From NCBI GenBank assembly GCA_964187785.1, contig OZ076409.1, forward strand, positions 47,928,001 to 47,992,000: a stretch of 64,000 nt of DNA. The letters run 5' to 3'. The notes beneath the pieces were generated by a model. The model ran no database searches and had not been told where the DNA came from. It saw only the letters and a list, made by a program, of their open reading frames with translations. Of the stretch, positions 23,450 through 36,057 are shown one piece after another (the first letter of the stretch is position 1; every line of letters begins with the position of its first letter). This stretch comes from Amphiscolops sp. MND2022. Its lineage: Eukaryota. Made by a program: the position numbers and the translations under genes.

Positions 23450-23630
23450 ATCAGCCTTTTTTATTTTGAGCTCATATCCCATACGAAAAAAGAATTATCT
23501 TCCGACGCGTTATTTGCTCCAAATTTTCTCGTCTTTCATTTTGTTGTTCAAAACTAACGATTCTTCAACGACAAAACATTAGGTTCGTAGCGAGATTGAT
23601 TTTTTGAAAAACGTGCCTAAAATGGGAAGT

Positions 23631-26600
23631 TGTAGGATTTTTGACTTTTTCGCCTGAAACATGATGTTTATTAAATTTTATGCCCTCAGCAAGGTAGATG
23701 ATCCGGGTGTGATATCTATAAAAGTTAAGATAACAGTAAGTACTTTAAGTACCTCGCCTTATTGTTTAATGTCAATACTATTGTATTCCTTCTCGTTGAC
23801 AACCAAAATAACTATTCTTAGCTGCAATGAAGCGACCGCGCAACGTATTAATGCAGTAATACGGCCGCCACCTTTCAGACCTATGTAGGAAAATTCTAAT
23901 CGAAAAGAAACTTTGACATCGAATTTCTCGGCAACTATTACTAATACAAGAAAAATTAAACCACCGAAATGTTCCTGTTTGACCTGACTACGTGTTGAGT
24001 AAACATTTAAGAACTTTAAACTAGCGTATTCCCACAAAAATTGAACCTAAAGTCATCATTGACTGAGAATAGAAATTTAGCCAAATTGCTATGGTAATAC
24101 ATGTGTTTGAGGGTAAGCGAGAGTGAAAACTCCGCCGTGTGCGTGAAAAGCATAGAATGCAACTAAGCTAAGCGTGTCAGAAAGCGAAAGGAATGAAATT
24201 AAGAACGCGCTGTGAGTGGCTGTACGCATAGCTAATAAGAAAACGGCCGCCGCACACTTTGGAATTATCCCCTCTCTTAATGCAAATTAAAAATCAAAAC
24301 GCGATTTCTCGAAGACGGAAAAAGATATCAACAAACGGTTTTCAGCATTCAACAGCCCGTTCAAAGGAGAGCTTAAGTTGAGAATATGAGCCCCGTGCAA
24401 TGACGAGAACATATTGGGGGGAAGCTTTGAAAATAAGTGCGTATAAATTTTGACGATTTTCCAAAAATGAGTTTCCTTTAAAACTTTCGTGTGATCGCTA
24501 CAGTTGTCAAAAAATGTTCGGATATGGCCTAAATTAAAGATAAATGAATGTCCTAACGTGTGTCAAATGGAAAAAAATAATATTCAGTAGTTTTTGAGAA
24601 CTGAGCCAGCAAACGTTAAAAACAGCCCTAAAATGGCCAAATCAGCCGTTTTTCGCTTAGTACTCAAGGTGTAAGCGCACAATAGCAGCCCCCTTCACAG
24701 CGTACTTGAGAATTGAAGTGGAGGAGTGAATAGAAAAATAAATAGAGTGCTGCGGCGCGCTAGCGAAGAACCCCCAAGAATCTAAAGTTGTGATTTCTTT
24801 CTGCCGATAGGGATGTCGACCTACCAAAATGCTAACCCCCCGCACGTTTTGGGCGATATCGAGCTGAAATTTTCAGGGTAAACGCACAAGACCCATGCGC
24901 ACAGCGTTTAGCGAGAGCGTTTTTCCAAAAAATGCCTTGGTTTTGAGATATTGGCCTCCAAAGTTGAAAGTCTAGACATAAAAATCGGGAAAATGACTAC
25001 TTTCAGAAAAAATGCTATCAAATTTTGTTGAGAAAAGATAGCGAACTCATCTAAAATGCAAAATACTCCTAATGGTTTGGGCTAACGATGTATATAGGCC
25101 CCCAGCCTGTATCTTTCAAATTGACCGAGTACGAGTCCTCCAAAGTTGAGAGTTTTGCAAATGTCAACACGTGTTTTTTACTACCAAACTTTAAGGGCGT
25201 TTTTCACCGTGAAGGAGTTGAAATAGAAAGAAAAAGATAATCAACGTTTTTGTAGTCTTTGGAGTGTACTTTCAAATGATGGACTTGGTTTTAGCCCCCG
25301 GTGACTGGAACACCTCGTTTTTGTCCTTAGAATGCGTAACACGAAAATCAACTTTTCAGGACATAAAATAAATTCGCCTTTTAGGTCATTGTAAATTGTA
25401 GAGAATTGTTTCCTTCAGCCAGATTTAGCTAGAGAGAGTTATCAGGAACCGCGTTAAAAAAAGAGACCTGGCGACAAGTGCAAATGTCAATCATTAAACC
25501 GAAGTAAAGTCGTATCTGTAAAAGTGGGAAAAATTGAGTCAGTAACACCTCCCCTTGAATTCTATAGAAAACGAAGTAAAACCATCAGTCATGAGTGACA
25601 AGGAGGTGGAACTAGGACAAACTCGTGATGAGAAAACGTACTTCCGACGAATCTGCAGTACCGAAGTAGGGAAAAAAGTTTTGCTCAACACTTAGTCAGG
25701 CCCCCAAAAAGGAAAGATGACAAATTACGAATCCGTAAATGACTAACTGCCGAAAAAGTAACTTTGGCCGAAGTGTGCGCCATTTTTAAGCACACAAAGT
25801 GAGTTGAAATTTAAAAAACGGTTTGCTGTTTTGCGTCCGATATTTGAATTATCGTACACAGGCTGAGTGGCCTACGAATACACCGAACAGGCTGAGTGGC
25901 CTACGAATACACCGGTAGTTAGAAAACCCTACAGGCTGAGTGGCCTACGAATACACCGAACAAGCTGAGTGGCCTACGAATACACCGGTAGTTAGAAAAC
26001 CCTACACAGGCTGAGCGGCCTACGAATACACCGAACAGGCTGAGTGGCCTACGATTACACCGAACAGGCTGAGTGGCCTACGAATACACCGAACAGGCTG
26101 AGTGGCCTACGAATACACCGAACTTCTATTTTCACTCCAAGACCAATAGAGAAGATTTGCGGCGAGTATTAATTTTTTCTCGATATCATCTAAGATATCA
26201 CACCTCATCAAGGATACCTACTACCCTGCTGAAATCTATAACTATTACGGTCTAGTGCCCTATGCCTTCTCAATTTCTTCGTAGCTTTATCCGTTTTTAT
26301 CGATGTTATAATATTATTTATTCTATTATTCGTGGATGTGAACTTGTACTAGTGTCTATTCATCGTCTTATTTATGTGTTGCATACTAATTGACCTTTAA
26401 CTGCTCTTTTCATTCATGAAAAGACCCCCGGTGTTTTCAACAGCCTAAGAGTAGCGAGACAAACCCCAGGAAGAAGTTAAATCTCAAAGACAGTCAGAGA
26501 ACGTGATTTCCTAGTCACACTTACTCCCACCGTCTTCAGCTGTATTGATTCGTCTTTGCATTCGAAGTTAAAATAAATTTATGTAGATACTCAGCCATTT

Positions 26601-26693
26601 CTTGTCTCGTGATTGGTATCTACGGGTTTAATTGAGTGGTAGTGGAGCAATCTTACGTATTGTTAAAGCTACCGTAATTCCAAAAATCTTACA
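23631..26693 (+). repeat. 5' LTR of element B (3063 bp)
   Basis: TGTAGG...CTTACA; repeat of 36058-39190 with many substitutions and small indels. Confidence 0.95.
25859..26123 (+). repeat. 29-bp minisatellite in the LTR (8 units of CAGGCTGAGTGGCCTACGAATACACCGAA)
   Basis: Counted directly; two units are extended by GTAGTTAGAAAACCCTA(CA). Confidence 0.93.
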
Positions 26694-26694
26694 T

Positions 26695-26712
26695 TGGCGC
26701 TCCTGGGTGGGC
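26695..26712 (+). promoter_or_regulatory. Primer-binding site, tRNA-Asn type (TGGCGCTCCTGGGTGGGC)
   Basis: 1 nt after the LTR end; complementary to the metazoan tRNA-Asn(GTT) 3' end as I recall it (...GCCCACCC(A/G)GG(A/G)(G/A)CGCCA). Confidence 0.8.
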
Positions 26713-26803
26713 CATCTTTGCGTCTTTGCTTTTACGCTTTCTTTCTATTATTTCTTTCCCTCTTCTTCCCTTCACCCTTCGCTGTTGCTGAACCCTTCCC
26801 CTG

Positions 26804-28150
26804 ATGTCTGCAGACGAGGAAACCGAGCAGCAGCAATCCCCCAACGCCGAAGAAGATCACCCCGGCACCCACTCTCCCGTCAAAGGTGGTAGTAAACCAC
26901 CCCCTTGTAAGTCTACTAGCTTTTCCCTCATAGGATCGGCCGCCATGACAAAAGAACGTAAACAAGATGCTTACAGGCGGGTGAGAGAACTAGAAAAAGA
27001 AATGAAACGCAATAAACTCGAAGAAGACCTTGATTCTGATTATTCCTTAGCACCCGAAAATGAATCTAGGCGAAAACAAAAACCTCTGTACGAAAAATCA
27101 CCGATTAAACCAGAAAAATTCCCCAATAGAGATTACAACCGTTGGGAAAATTGGGTAAAACATTTCATGGCAGTTGCGAAAGCCAATGGGTGGAATGATA
27201 GTCAGAAAATTGCCGCAATGCCCACTTGTTTAACATCTTGGGCCATCGAAGAATTTGAAACTGTCCCCCGAAGGTATATTACAAAAGAACCTGGTTGCTA
27301 TCACCCCCTGTTTGACGAATTCTTTGAAGTCTTAAAACCTAAAATGCAACAATACCGCAGCCAGCGAGCTACACGGTCCGAGTTTAAGGCTGTTTAACAA
27401 TGGGAAATTGAAGACTTAAGAGAATATTCGAGACGAGTACGCTATCTCGCTGATATAGCTTTTCCCGAAAAACCGCACCGGGAAAGGGAGCGGGATATGC
27501 GAGATCAATTTATCGAAGGACTACTTGACTCGAGAATACAAACTAAATTGTTTGAAGACGAGCGCGACCGTGATTCCGGGGAAACTTTGCAAAGAGCACA
27601 AAAACTCGAAATAATCCATAAGACTCAAGAATCGAGAAAAGACCGGAAATTCGATAAACTCCGCTACTCCCAAAATGAGCTCGGGTATTCCGATACAGTA
27701 AGAGCTGGCTATTCGAACAATAACCAAATTGACGAAAAATTGCAGCTATCGAAACCTCGTTAACCAACGTGGCAAGTCGTTTTGATCGTTTTGAAAATTC
27801 AATAGGTCAACACATCTCCAAGCATACTGAACAAATCTCGAAATTGGCCAATTCAACAACCAGCCAAATGAAAACGATGGTACAGAGTGTAAAAGACATG
27901 TCATCTGCGATTGTACGAGCGTTGGGAAGCTCGCAACGGCCGGTTGGTGGGCAACCCCAGAACTGGCAATCTCTTTGTTCGCAACCCCCCGTAACCCCTA
28001 CCCCTTTTATACATCCGACTAGGGTAGCACCGTCAGGACATGTAAACATTTCGTACCCCCTCCGGAAAAAGCAGAATGCTTCGGGTGCGGTCTAATAGGA
28101 CATTTCGCAAAGAAATGTCCGGCGCGATTCAAACAACATCCTTTAAACTA
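26804..28150 (+). pseudogene. gag: gag of element B, disrupted
   Basis: WENWVKHFMAVAKANGW capsid-like motif; CFGCGLIGHFAKKC knuckle at about 28076-28117; stop at 27397 plus frameshifts; T TTA AAC slippery site at 28142-28148. Confidence 0.85.
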
Positions 28151-31100
28151 CCATCAGCCGAGAATGCAGTAGTAGGTTCTACTCGTGCTTGGGATACTAT
28201 CCCCTCTCCTACTGCTACAAAGTGTCCTAAAACGAATCCGCTTATACGCCCTAAGTCTAGGAGTAATGAAAGTCGTTTGCGACAGCAAAACCGAAGTAGG
28301 CGTATTGATCCGGAAGTTTGGCGACAAATGAGTGAAAAATTTGGCCCCAGAGGGTTCTGTCCGAAGGACCCAAATCTTTCCGTTGTAGATAACCCCCCCC
28401 CAATCAACTGTTTTTGAACATAAACAGGCCGAGCCCGGTTCGGTAAGAATTTGCCCCAAATCTGGCGTAGGCTTTCCGGAACGTAACCTACCGGACGCAG
28501 AAGACCTGATACCGATCGCCCATAGCAAGTATGTTCCAGGCGCGACGCTTTTAGTTCCCTACGAAGTGGAAAATTTCCGATGTTGGGCCGTTACAGATAC
28601 CGGAGCGTGTAGAAGGTTAATGAGCTTAGAATTAGCACAGGCGATCGGTAATCCGATAACCCCTCACAATAAACGTCTGACCGGCCCCATAGCCAACGAA
28701 ATGCCGACAAAAAGCATTATAAAAGCAGAAGTAAAAATGGGAACACTTGTAGCCACGGATGAATTTGTGGTTGTAGAAGATCTACATCCAGAGTTATTAG
28801 TCGGATTGAAATTCTTAATGGAAAACCAATGCACGGCAGATATGGTCGAAGAAAAGCTAACCATTCCTCAAAACGACGGTTCAATCGTCAAAGTACCGAT
28901 GCAAATCTTAGGAGGGCTCATACTTCCTCCGGAAGATGACGCTTTTGTCTTCGAAACGGTACCAGGCCCTGACACAGTGTCAGCAGCTTCCGAAACTAAC
29001 GAAAAACTCGAGCAGGATGTTGACGAAGTTTTAAATTTAGCCACCCCTGGTCTCGAAAACTCCGAAATAAAGGAAAAATTACGAGTGCTGATTCGTAATT
29101 ATACAGACGTGTTTTCCCTGCCCGCGGACCCGCTAGGACCTGCGGTAGGAGTAGAACACCACATCGACATAGGCGACGCGAAGCCGTTTAAAATATCGCC
29201 TTATAAAATCGCCCCACATTAATTGGAAGCGGTTCGCGAAGAAATTCGAGAAATGCTTGAGAAAGGGGTGATTGTACCGAGTAAGAGCCCTTTCAGTAGT
29301 CCCATAGTTATGGTACCTAAGAAAGATGGCTCCAACCGAATGTGTATCGACTACCGAAAGTTAAACGATCTCACGGTAAAGGATGCGTATCCGTTACCGC
29401 GCATTGGCCAAACGATTGATGCAGTGCAGGGGGCGGGAGTTTTCTCGTCCCTCGATTTAGCAAGTGGTTACTGGCAGATTCCAGTCGCGGCCGAAGATCG
29501 ACACAAAACCGCATTCTGTACCCCAGACGGAGGGTTATACGAATGTCTAAAAATGCCGTTTGGTTTGACGAACGCCCCGCCGACTTTCCAAAGGATATGA
29601 ACAACATATTCAAAGACGACCTCTATAAACACGTGCTGATATTCCTAGATGATGTACTAACGTTTAGTAAAACTCCGGAGGACCATTTGGAGCATTTGGA
29701 AAAAGTGTTAAGAGTATTGCGCAAGTCTGGCTTGAGGCTTAAACCAAAGAAATGTAATTTGTTCCGCACTGAAGTCCACTATCTGGGCCATGTGATAAAT
29801 AAGGAAAGAATCCCACCAGACCCAAAGAAGTTGGCGGCAATTCGCGAATGGGAAGGACCGACTGACGTCACGGGAGTCCGCTCATTCGTCGCGTTCTGCA
29901 ATTATTACCGGAAATTCTTTCAAAACTTCGCAGAAGTGGCTCGCCCACTTTGTTCATTAACTAGCAAAGGCCTCAAGTTCACCTGGACCGAAGAGCATGA
30001 CCAAGCGTTCCAAACGCTGAAGAAAAAGTTGTTGGAGGCTCCGATCCTAGCCTTCCCAAATTTTGAACTCCCGTTCATTATTGATACGGATGCTAGTGAG
30101 ACTGCGCTCGGCGCAGTACTGTCTCAAGTGATCGACGGAACGGAGTATCCGATCGCCTTTGAATCTCGAGTTTTATCCAAAACCGAAGTAAATTATGCTA
30201 CGACCAAACGAGAAGCACTTGGAGTAATCCAAGCGGTTCAATGGTTCCGACAGTACATATACGGATCAAAATGCATTATCCGAACGGACCACGCAAGCCT
30301 GCAGTGGTTGTTTAGGCAAAATGCCGATGGAATGACCTTCCGGATGGTTCAAAAATTGCAGGAGTACGACTACCATATCGTACATCGACCCGGCGACAAG
30401 CATTGTAATGCGGATGGTCTCAGCAGGAGACCAAACGATGTACCACAGTGGCTCCCAGGCGAAGAAGCACTAAAGCTGCACTAAAGCTCGAGAGACGAAC
30501 GAATTGTTGGAGGATGTAGCCCGACTTTTCAAAAGGCAACTCGCTCACCCTCCAAGAGAAGTAGTCCGCTATCGCCAAGGAGATTTCCTCGAATCACCAG
30601 ATTCTTTGGTCTTGTGCATCGCCGCAGATATGAGAGTGTCGACCGCTCCCATGAAGTCTTTCATAAAATCGTATTCTCATCTATCACCCCTCGGAGAATC
30701 GGTGAATCGAGTGGGAGGATTTCTGGTTTATAAGGATGAAAACCGTAGGCGTTACGTGTATCTATTGATTACGAAACATTCGATAGAAGTAGCAAAGTAA
30801 GACACTTTGAAAGTCTGTCTACTGAGAATGAAAGAACATGCTAGTTCGCACGGACTCTCTAAATTTGCGATGTTTCGAATAGGCTCTGTTGATGATGAAT
30901 TGGAATGGGCAAACGTAGCGATTTGTCTAGAGGTCGTCTTCCAAGATTCGTATTTTACGATTTCGGTGTATACACCTCGAGATCAAGTACTCAAGTACCC
31001 TCCCACTTTGCCTAGGCAAAGTACTTCCACCTCAGCAAGTAAAGATCTCGCCTGCTCCGTTGCTACTCCGGAAGAAATGTTAGCTGCAGAGGAAGTGGAC

Positions 31101-32890
31101 GGACATATTTCGTGGACTAGATCAGATAGTGATTTGGCTTATGGCCAACGAATGGATAGAGGCATTGGATTATTATTTTGGGAAATGGTACGGAATGGCA
31201 TTCGAATAGACGGTTCTGTAGAAAACCTAGGACCTAACCCAATTCCTCGTGAAGTCGCGTTAACATGGAGTTGTCCAGAGGCCCTGGAGCTCTGGAGTAA
31301 TTGGGAACACCTCGCCCTCGCGAATCGGGTCCTTTATAAAAAGTGGGACCCCGGTAATCGTGGTCGAGAGATCTGGCAAGCAGTAGTACCCGCGAGCATG
31401 CGAAACGAAATATTGTATCAGTTGCATGACTTCTCTCTGAGCGGAGGTCATTTTGCAGTAGAGAAAACCATGTCACGAATTAAACAGAGATTCTGGTGGC
31501 CGGGGCTTAGGCCCAGTGTCGAGAAATATATTGCAAAGTGTACCCGCTGCGCCGCGAGGTCAACCGCGGGAAAAAGTTGGAAAGCTAGTCGGCAAACAAT
31601 CGAAGCGAAGGCACCATTTAGTATTGTAGCAGCAGACATTTTAGGACCGGTAACACTAGCGAAGAAGTCGCAGGCACGATACATCTTGGTCATTTCCGAT
31701 TGGTACACCAAGTATGCGGTTGCCGTACCTTTGAAAGACATGACGTCTAAAACTGTGGCCACTTCTTTAGTCGAAGAATGGATCTTAAGGTTTGGGGCAC
31801 CCGATACTTTGCACACTGATCAGGGAACGAACTTTAATAGTGAAGTGATGAAAGACGTTTGTCAGGTCTTTATGATCGACAAGACTAGGACTTCTCCGTA
31901 CCACCCTCAGAGAAACGGCCAGGTTGAACGTTTTAATCGAGTGATTGCCGATACCATATCGAAATATTGCGCAGAAAAGCCTCAGGAATGGGACATGTAT
32001 TTGCCATATGTTACTTTTGTGTACAATACGACCGTACACACGACTCTCGGCACTACTCTGTTTTCCATGTTGTATGGAAAGGAAGCGCAATATCCGACTG
32101 ATCTATACTATCCAAAACCTCCCGGGGATCCCCGATTAGAGTTAGGTGAGATGGGTACCGAATTAAACGAAAAATTATACGAAGTACATAGTCACGCGCA
32201 AATGACTATGGGAAAAGAACAACGCCGACAGAAGGAATATTATCAGAGAAAAATCCATAGAGGACCATTTAATCCAGGAGACTTAGTATGGTTACTCGAA
32301 TCGCATCGAGCGAAATCGCGAAAATTTCATCTACCCTGGCGCGGTCCATACGAAGTGTTGAAACGAACGAGCGAAGTGAATTATCAGATCTGTAAACAAG
32401 GCTTCCCCGACAAGTGGCAAAATGTCCATTTCAACCGTTTAAAACCGTACTTGGGTGAATCACCCCCGAAACGCTTCGAACGGATAGCCTCCAAGCCGAC
32501 TCCGAACTTCGAAGAACGAGTTGAAGAATCCGATCCCTCCGATACGGAGACCGAAGAACAAACATTCCATGTGTACCGCCCTACTTCGGCGGAAACCCAA
32601 GCCAAGAAAAATCAGCCTCACGTGTCGTTTGTAGCCCCGCGTGATAGATGTAGAAGACGAGGAGAATACTCGTCTGACTAACAGTCCCTTGTATATACAT
32701 GCCCCGAATGGTCAAATGCGGAGTCGTCCCCCGTATATGAAGAAGTACACGAAAGAGAGGGACCGCCCCTCCCAAATGATGACGACTCTAACGCGAGTGA
32801 CAACTCAGACTCGCTACTCCTAGAAAATACACGGAATCGTCGACCGCCCATCCGCTTCGGCATAGACGAGTACGTGGTACATCCAAAATA
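28150..32890 (+). pseudogene. pol: pol of element B (PR-RT-RH-macrodomain-INT), disrupted
   Basis: DTGA protease; FLDD RT; TDAS RNase H; HHCC/DDE/GPY integrase; stops at 29222, 30484 and 30800 and a frameshift near 29590; ends approximate. Confidence 0.93.
30558..30975 (+). other. TARG1/OARD1-like macrodomain inserted between RNase H and integrase
   Basis: GDFL..PDSLVLCIAAD, RYVYLLITK, L..MKEH...HGLSKFAMFRIG..D.LEW.NV...LE.VF...ISVY follow the OARD1 consensus in order. Confidence 0.85.
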
Positions 32891-33276
32891 ACATCAGAGT
32901 CTTCGGATGATGGTCAGGTGAGTTGAGTCATCCGAAGTAAAAAAAGCTCATCATTCGCGTAGCTGTTCACGAGCATGCCTAAGCGAATTTTCGTGAGCTC
33001 GGACCGTTAGTTAGAAGGTGCTGAGTCATAACTGTAGCGTCACTGACGTCGCTACCGACTCCCCTTTGCTTTAACATACTTTGCTTCAACCTCCGCTTAA
33101 ACAGTCGCTTAAATAGAAACGTTGCAGTGTCAATTCCTGCAATCTATTCAACCGACCTTTGCCTCAAGTATTATTTATCGTTGTGATCGTCCAACTATTA
33201 ACCCGCTTACCTTATCTTTTTTCACTTCTAAATAGTTTATATCATCCGAATCTGGACTCGCTAGTATAGTCCTAGG

Positions 33277-35514
33277 ATGAAATGTTCTGTGTTTACTTTA
33301 GTTTTCTTCGCTCACTACGTTTCGGGAGGAGAAGACGCATTCGACCCATTCGAGTTCCAGAGGAGACTCAATCAACCAGGGTTTGTAAATGGCACTCATT
33401 CAATTTCTGGCACATTTCACTCATGAACCTCCCGTCGTGCTCGTTAAGTCGATCAAAACTATTTGGACATACATACCGTTTCCTCAAATCCCTCAGTTAG
33501 ATCCGGAACCGTTAAACGAAATCTTGGATAAAGCATTAGCTAGATTGGTGTCCCTCGACATACGCATGTTTTCACGGGAATGTGCAGACCCGCATTTGTT
33601 TAATTATTGGAAAGATTTTCTGCGCGATAATTTAGCGGAAATTTTTCAAAGCCACCGGATGTTTCAACACGACTGGCTGGCAATGCGAAAATTGCTCACC
33701 GTTTTTCTCAACCATACCGTAGACGATATCCCCCTAGAAAAACCGAATCGTTACGCTAGATCAATTGTCGGGGCCGGTGCAGGATCTATGTTGGGAAGTG
33801 AGTTAGCACATGTCTTCCTAAGACCGATATTTGGCCCCATACACGAGACGCTCTCCTGCTTCGTAGATGATTTGATCCCCTTTGGATCAGTGTGCCGGAG
33901 TAAAGAGAAAAAAAATATCGAGGATTTAGCTAGAGAAATTAAAATCCTGCAAGACGAAGTAGTATATTTAAGGTCGGAATTGTTAGAAGCTGTCACAGTG
34001 AGAATGCCGGCTGACGTCGGAAGCCGAGAGTTGCTAGCGTTAAAACAATCCCTAGACAAAAATATACAAATGTTGAACAGTACGGTAAATGGAGCGATCG
34101 ATGAGGTGTATGATTATGTAGAAAGGGCGGAATGCGTAGTCAAATTGACTCAAGACCGACACCGTAACACCTTAATAATGGCCACCGCGTTTCAAAATCT
34201 AACCGTGCAATATCGCCGGACCGTGAATGAGATCAATCAACGCCGCATCTCTCTGTCAAACATGGCGTCGATGTTACAAGAGGCCATGTCTTCTTTGGTC
34301 CAATTGGCTATCTGCCTATTTCTTTAATCCCGCCTGCAACGCTGAAAAAGATCCTTGATTCGTACCACGTCACCGGATTAAACGAGGCTTTTCCGAGGAA
34401 ATTGATTGCGGCGTACTATTCATTCGAAACTGTCAGAGATGCAAATGTTACGAACGATGGCTTGCATATGCTATTAGAAATCCCGATGTACGCCGGCCAC
34501 GGAATTCACGAGGTGTACCGTGCTACGACTATTCCAAATACGGAACGGGCAACGCAATACCAACTTGCGAAAACCCACTTACTAATGTCGTGGGATAAGA
34601 CGAATTTTGCGGAAGTCACTGAACAAGAGTTGTCGACGCATTGTTGGGGTTCCCATCGACTTAGGCTATGCAAGCAACCCTTATCGACTACTAAGTCGCA
34701 GAAAACAACATGTCTAACTGGCCTGTTCTTTAACCTTCCCGCCACCGTACTGAAACTGTGCGCTCAGGAGGTAGTGGCCCTTCCGCAACATCCCCAGGCC
34801 ATCTATTTAGATGACACCCCGTATTTATTGACGTCAGCGAAAGGGGATTTTACCATGCAAAACATGACTTCTACTGTGGATTATCGAGTACCAGGCTGTC
34901 AGAGCTGTCTAGTGAGACCTACTTGCGACGGAAGATTACAACTCCCCAATGCAGGTTTGTTTCTTACCCCGGACCCGATATCTTGCGCCGATAACCAAGT
35001 TAGCGAAATTGTCAGAATTATGCCGAATTCTTTATTGAGACCCCTGTTTGAAAATCTAAAAGAGTTAGAAGAAGTGATTCCTCCCTCCTTATTGGGAGAC
35101 GTACACCAAGAACTTTTGTCACACTTGAAATTAAACTTGGCAGGCTTGCCAGACAGGGCAATTACCGAAGAAATGCTAGATGCTATAGCTAAGCCCTTTT
35201 TAATCGAAGTAGAAAAAGTTCATTCGACTGTCTTAAAGAAAGTGTGGACAGATGTTATTTTACCGTGTGTTGTTACTCTGATTATTTTAACTTTCGTGGG
35301 AATTCTATGCTGGCTGGTAAAGAGGGGACAACTATGCATCATGCGTGCCTGTATACAACGACTGCTGAGAGGGGGAGACGAAGATGAACCAGAAGAACAA
35401 CGCTTGTCCAGAATTGCAGATGAGCTACAACAAATTCCTGCCTCCTCCCGAACCGATGGAAATGCGAAGACCCCTGATCTTCCCCAAGGAGAAAAGAAGC
35501 CCCGATCCAAGTAG
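33277..35514 (+). pseudogene. env: env (class I, baculovirus-F/errantivirus-like fusion glycoprotein), two frameshifts
   Basis: Signal-peptide-like MKCSVFTLVFFAHYVSG from 33277; RYAR|SIVGAGAG cleavage site and fusion peptide; heptad region; GYLPISLIPP; Cys-rich ectodomain; TM VILPCVVTLIILTFVGILCWLV. Confidence 0.85.
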
Positions 35515-36044
35515 TAATCTATTGAAAAGAGTGAGATTTTAACTCGATTGACGAGATATTAACCAAATTTTAACCCCCCTGTATTTATTTGCCCCAGGGA
35601 AAGGCTCGGAAAAACTATATTCCCTCGCTTGGACAGAAATTGAATATAGAACTACAAGTTTTAAGAGAATGAACCAGAAAACCCGGTCAGTAAAAGAGTC
35701 AACTATAATAGAAAATGATTGTTGTAAGTATATGCCACACTTCACTTTCCAAAATCTTACTTGGGACTGAAAAAGAAAGATTTAATTTTTTTCGTGCGTG
35801 AATAAAACTTGAAAAATGGGATCTGATAATGTTTTATGGGAATTTGAATTTAATTAAAAGAGAATTTACAAAGTGTGAAGTGATTTACTATTGTATTTCA
35901 AGCACTTGTTTACAAAATAACAAAATTAGTTGATGAAACACGGCTAAAAGTACAACCTGACTGGACAACGAATTATCCAATTAAAACCTCCCTAGCAATA
36001 GAATAAAATTTGAATAAACCAACCACTCAGGAGAGTAGTAGTCC

Positions 36045-36057
36045 AAGTAGGAGGGAA
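36045..36057 (+). promoter_or_regulatory. Polypurine tract of element B
   Basis: AAGTAGGAGGGAA immediately before the 3' LTR TG. Confidence 0.85.

Noticed and set aside
25859..26123. CRISPR-like look of the 29-bp repeats (also 38306-38617)
   Set aside because: Units are directly adjacent or separated by the same sequence, with no unique spacers and no cas genes; they lie inside eukaryotic LTRs
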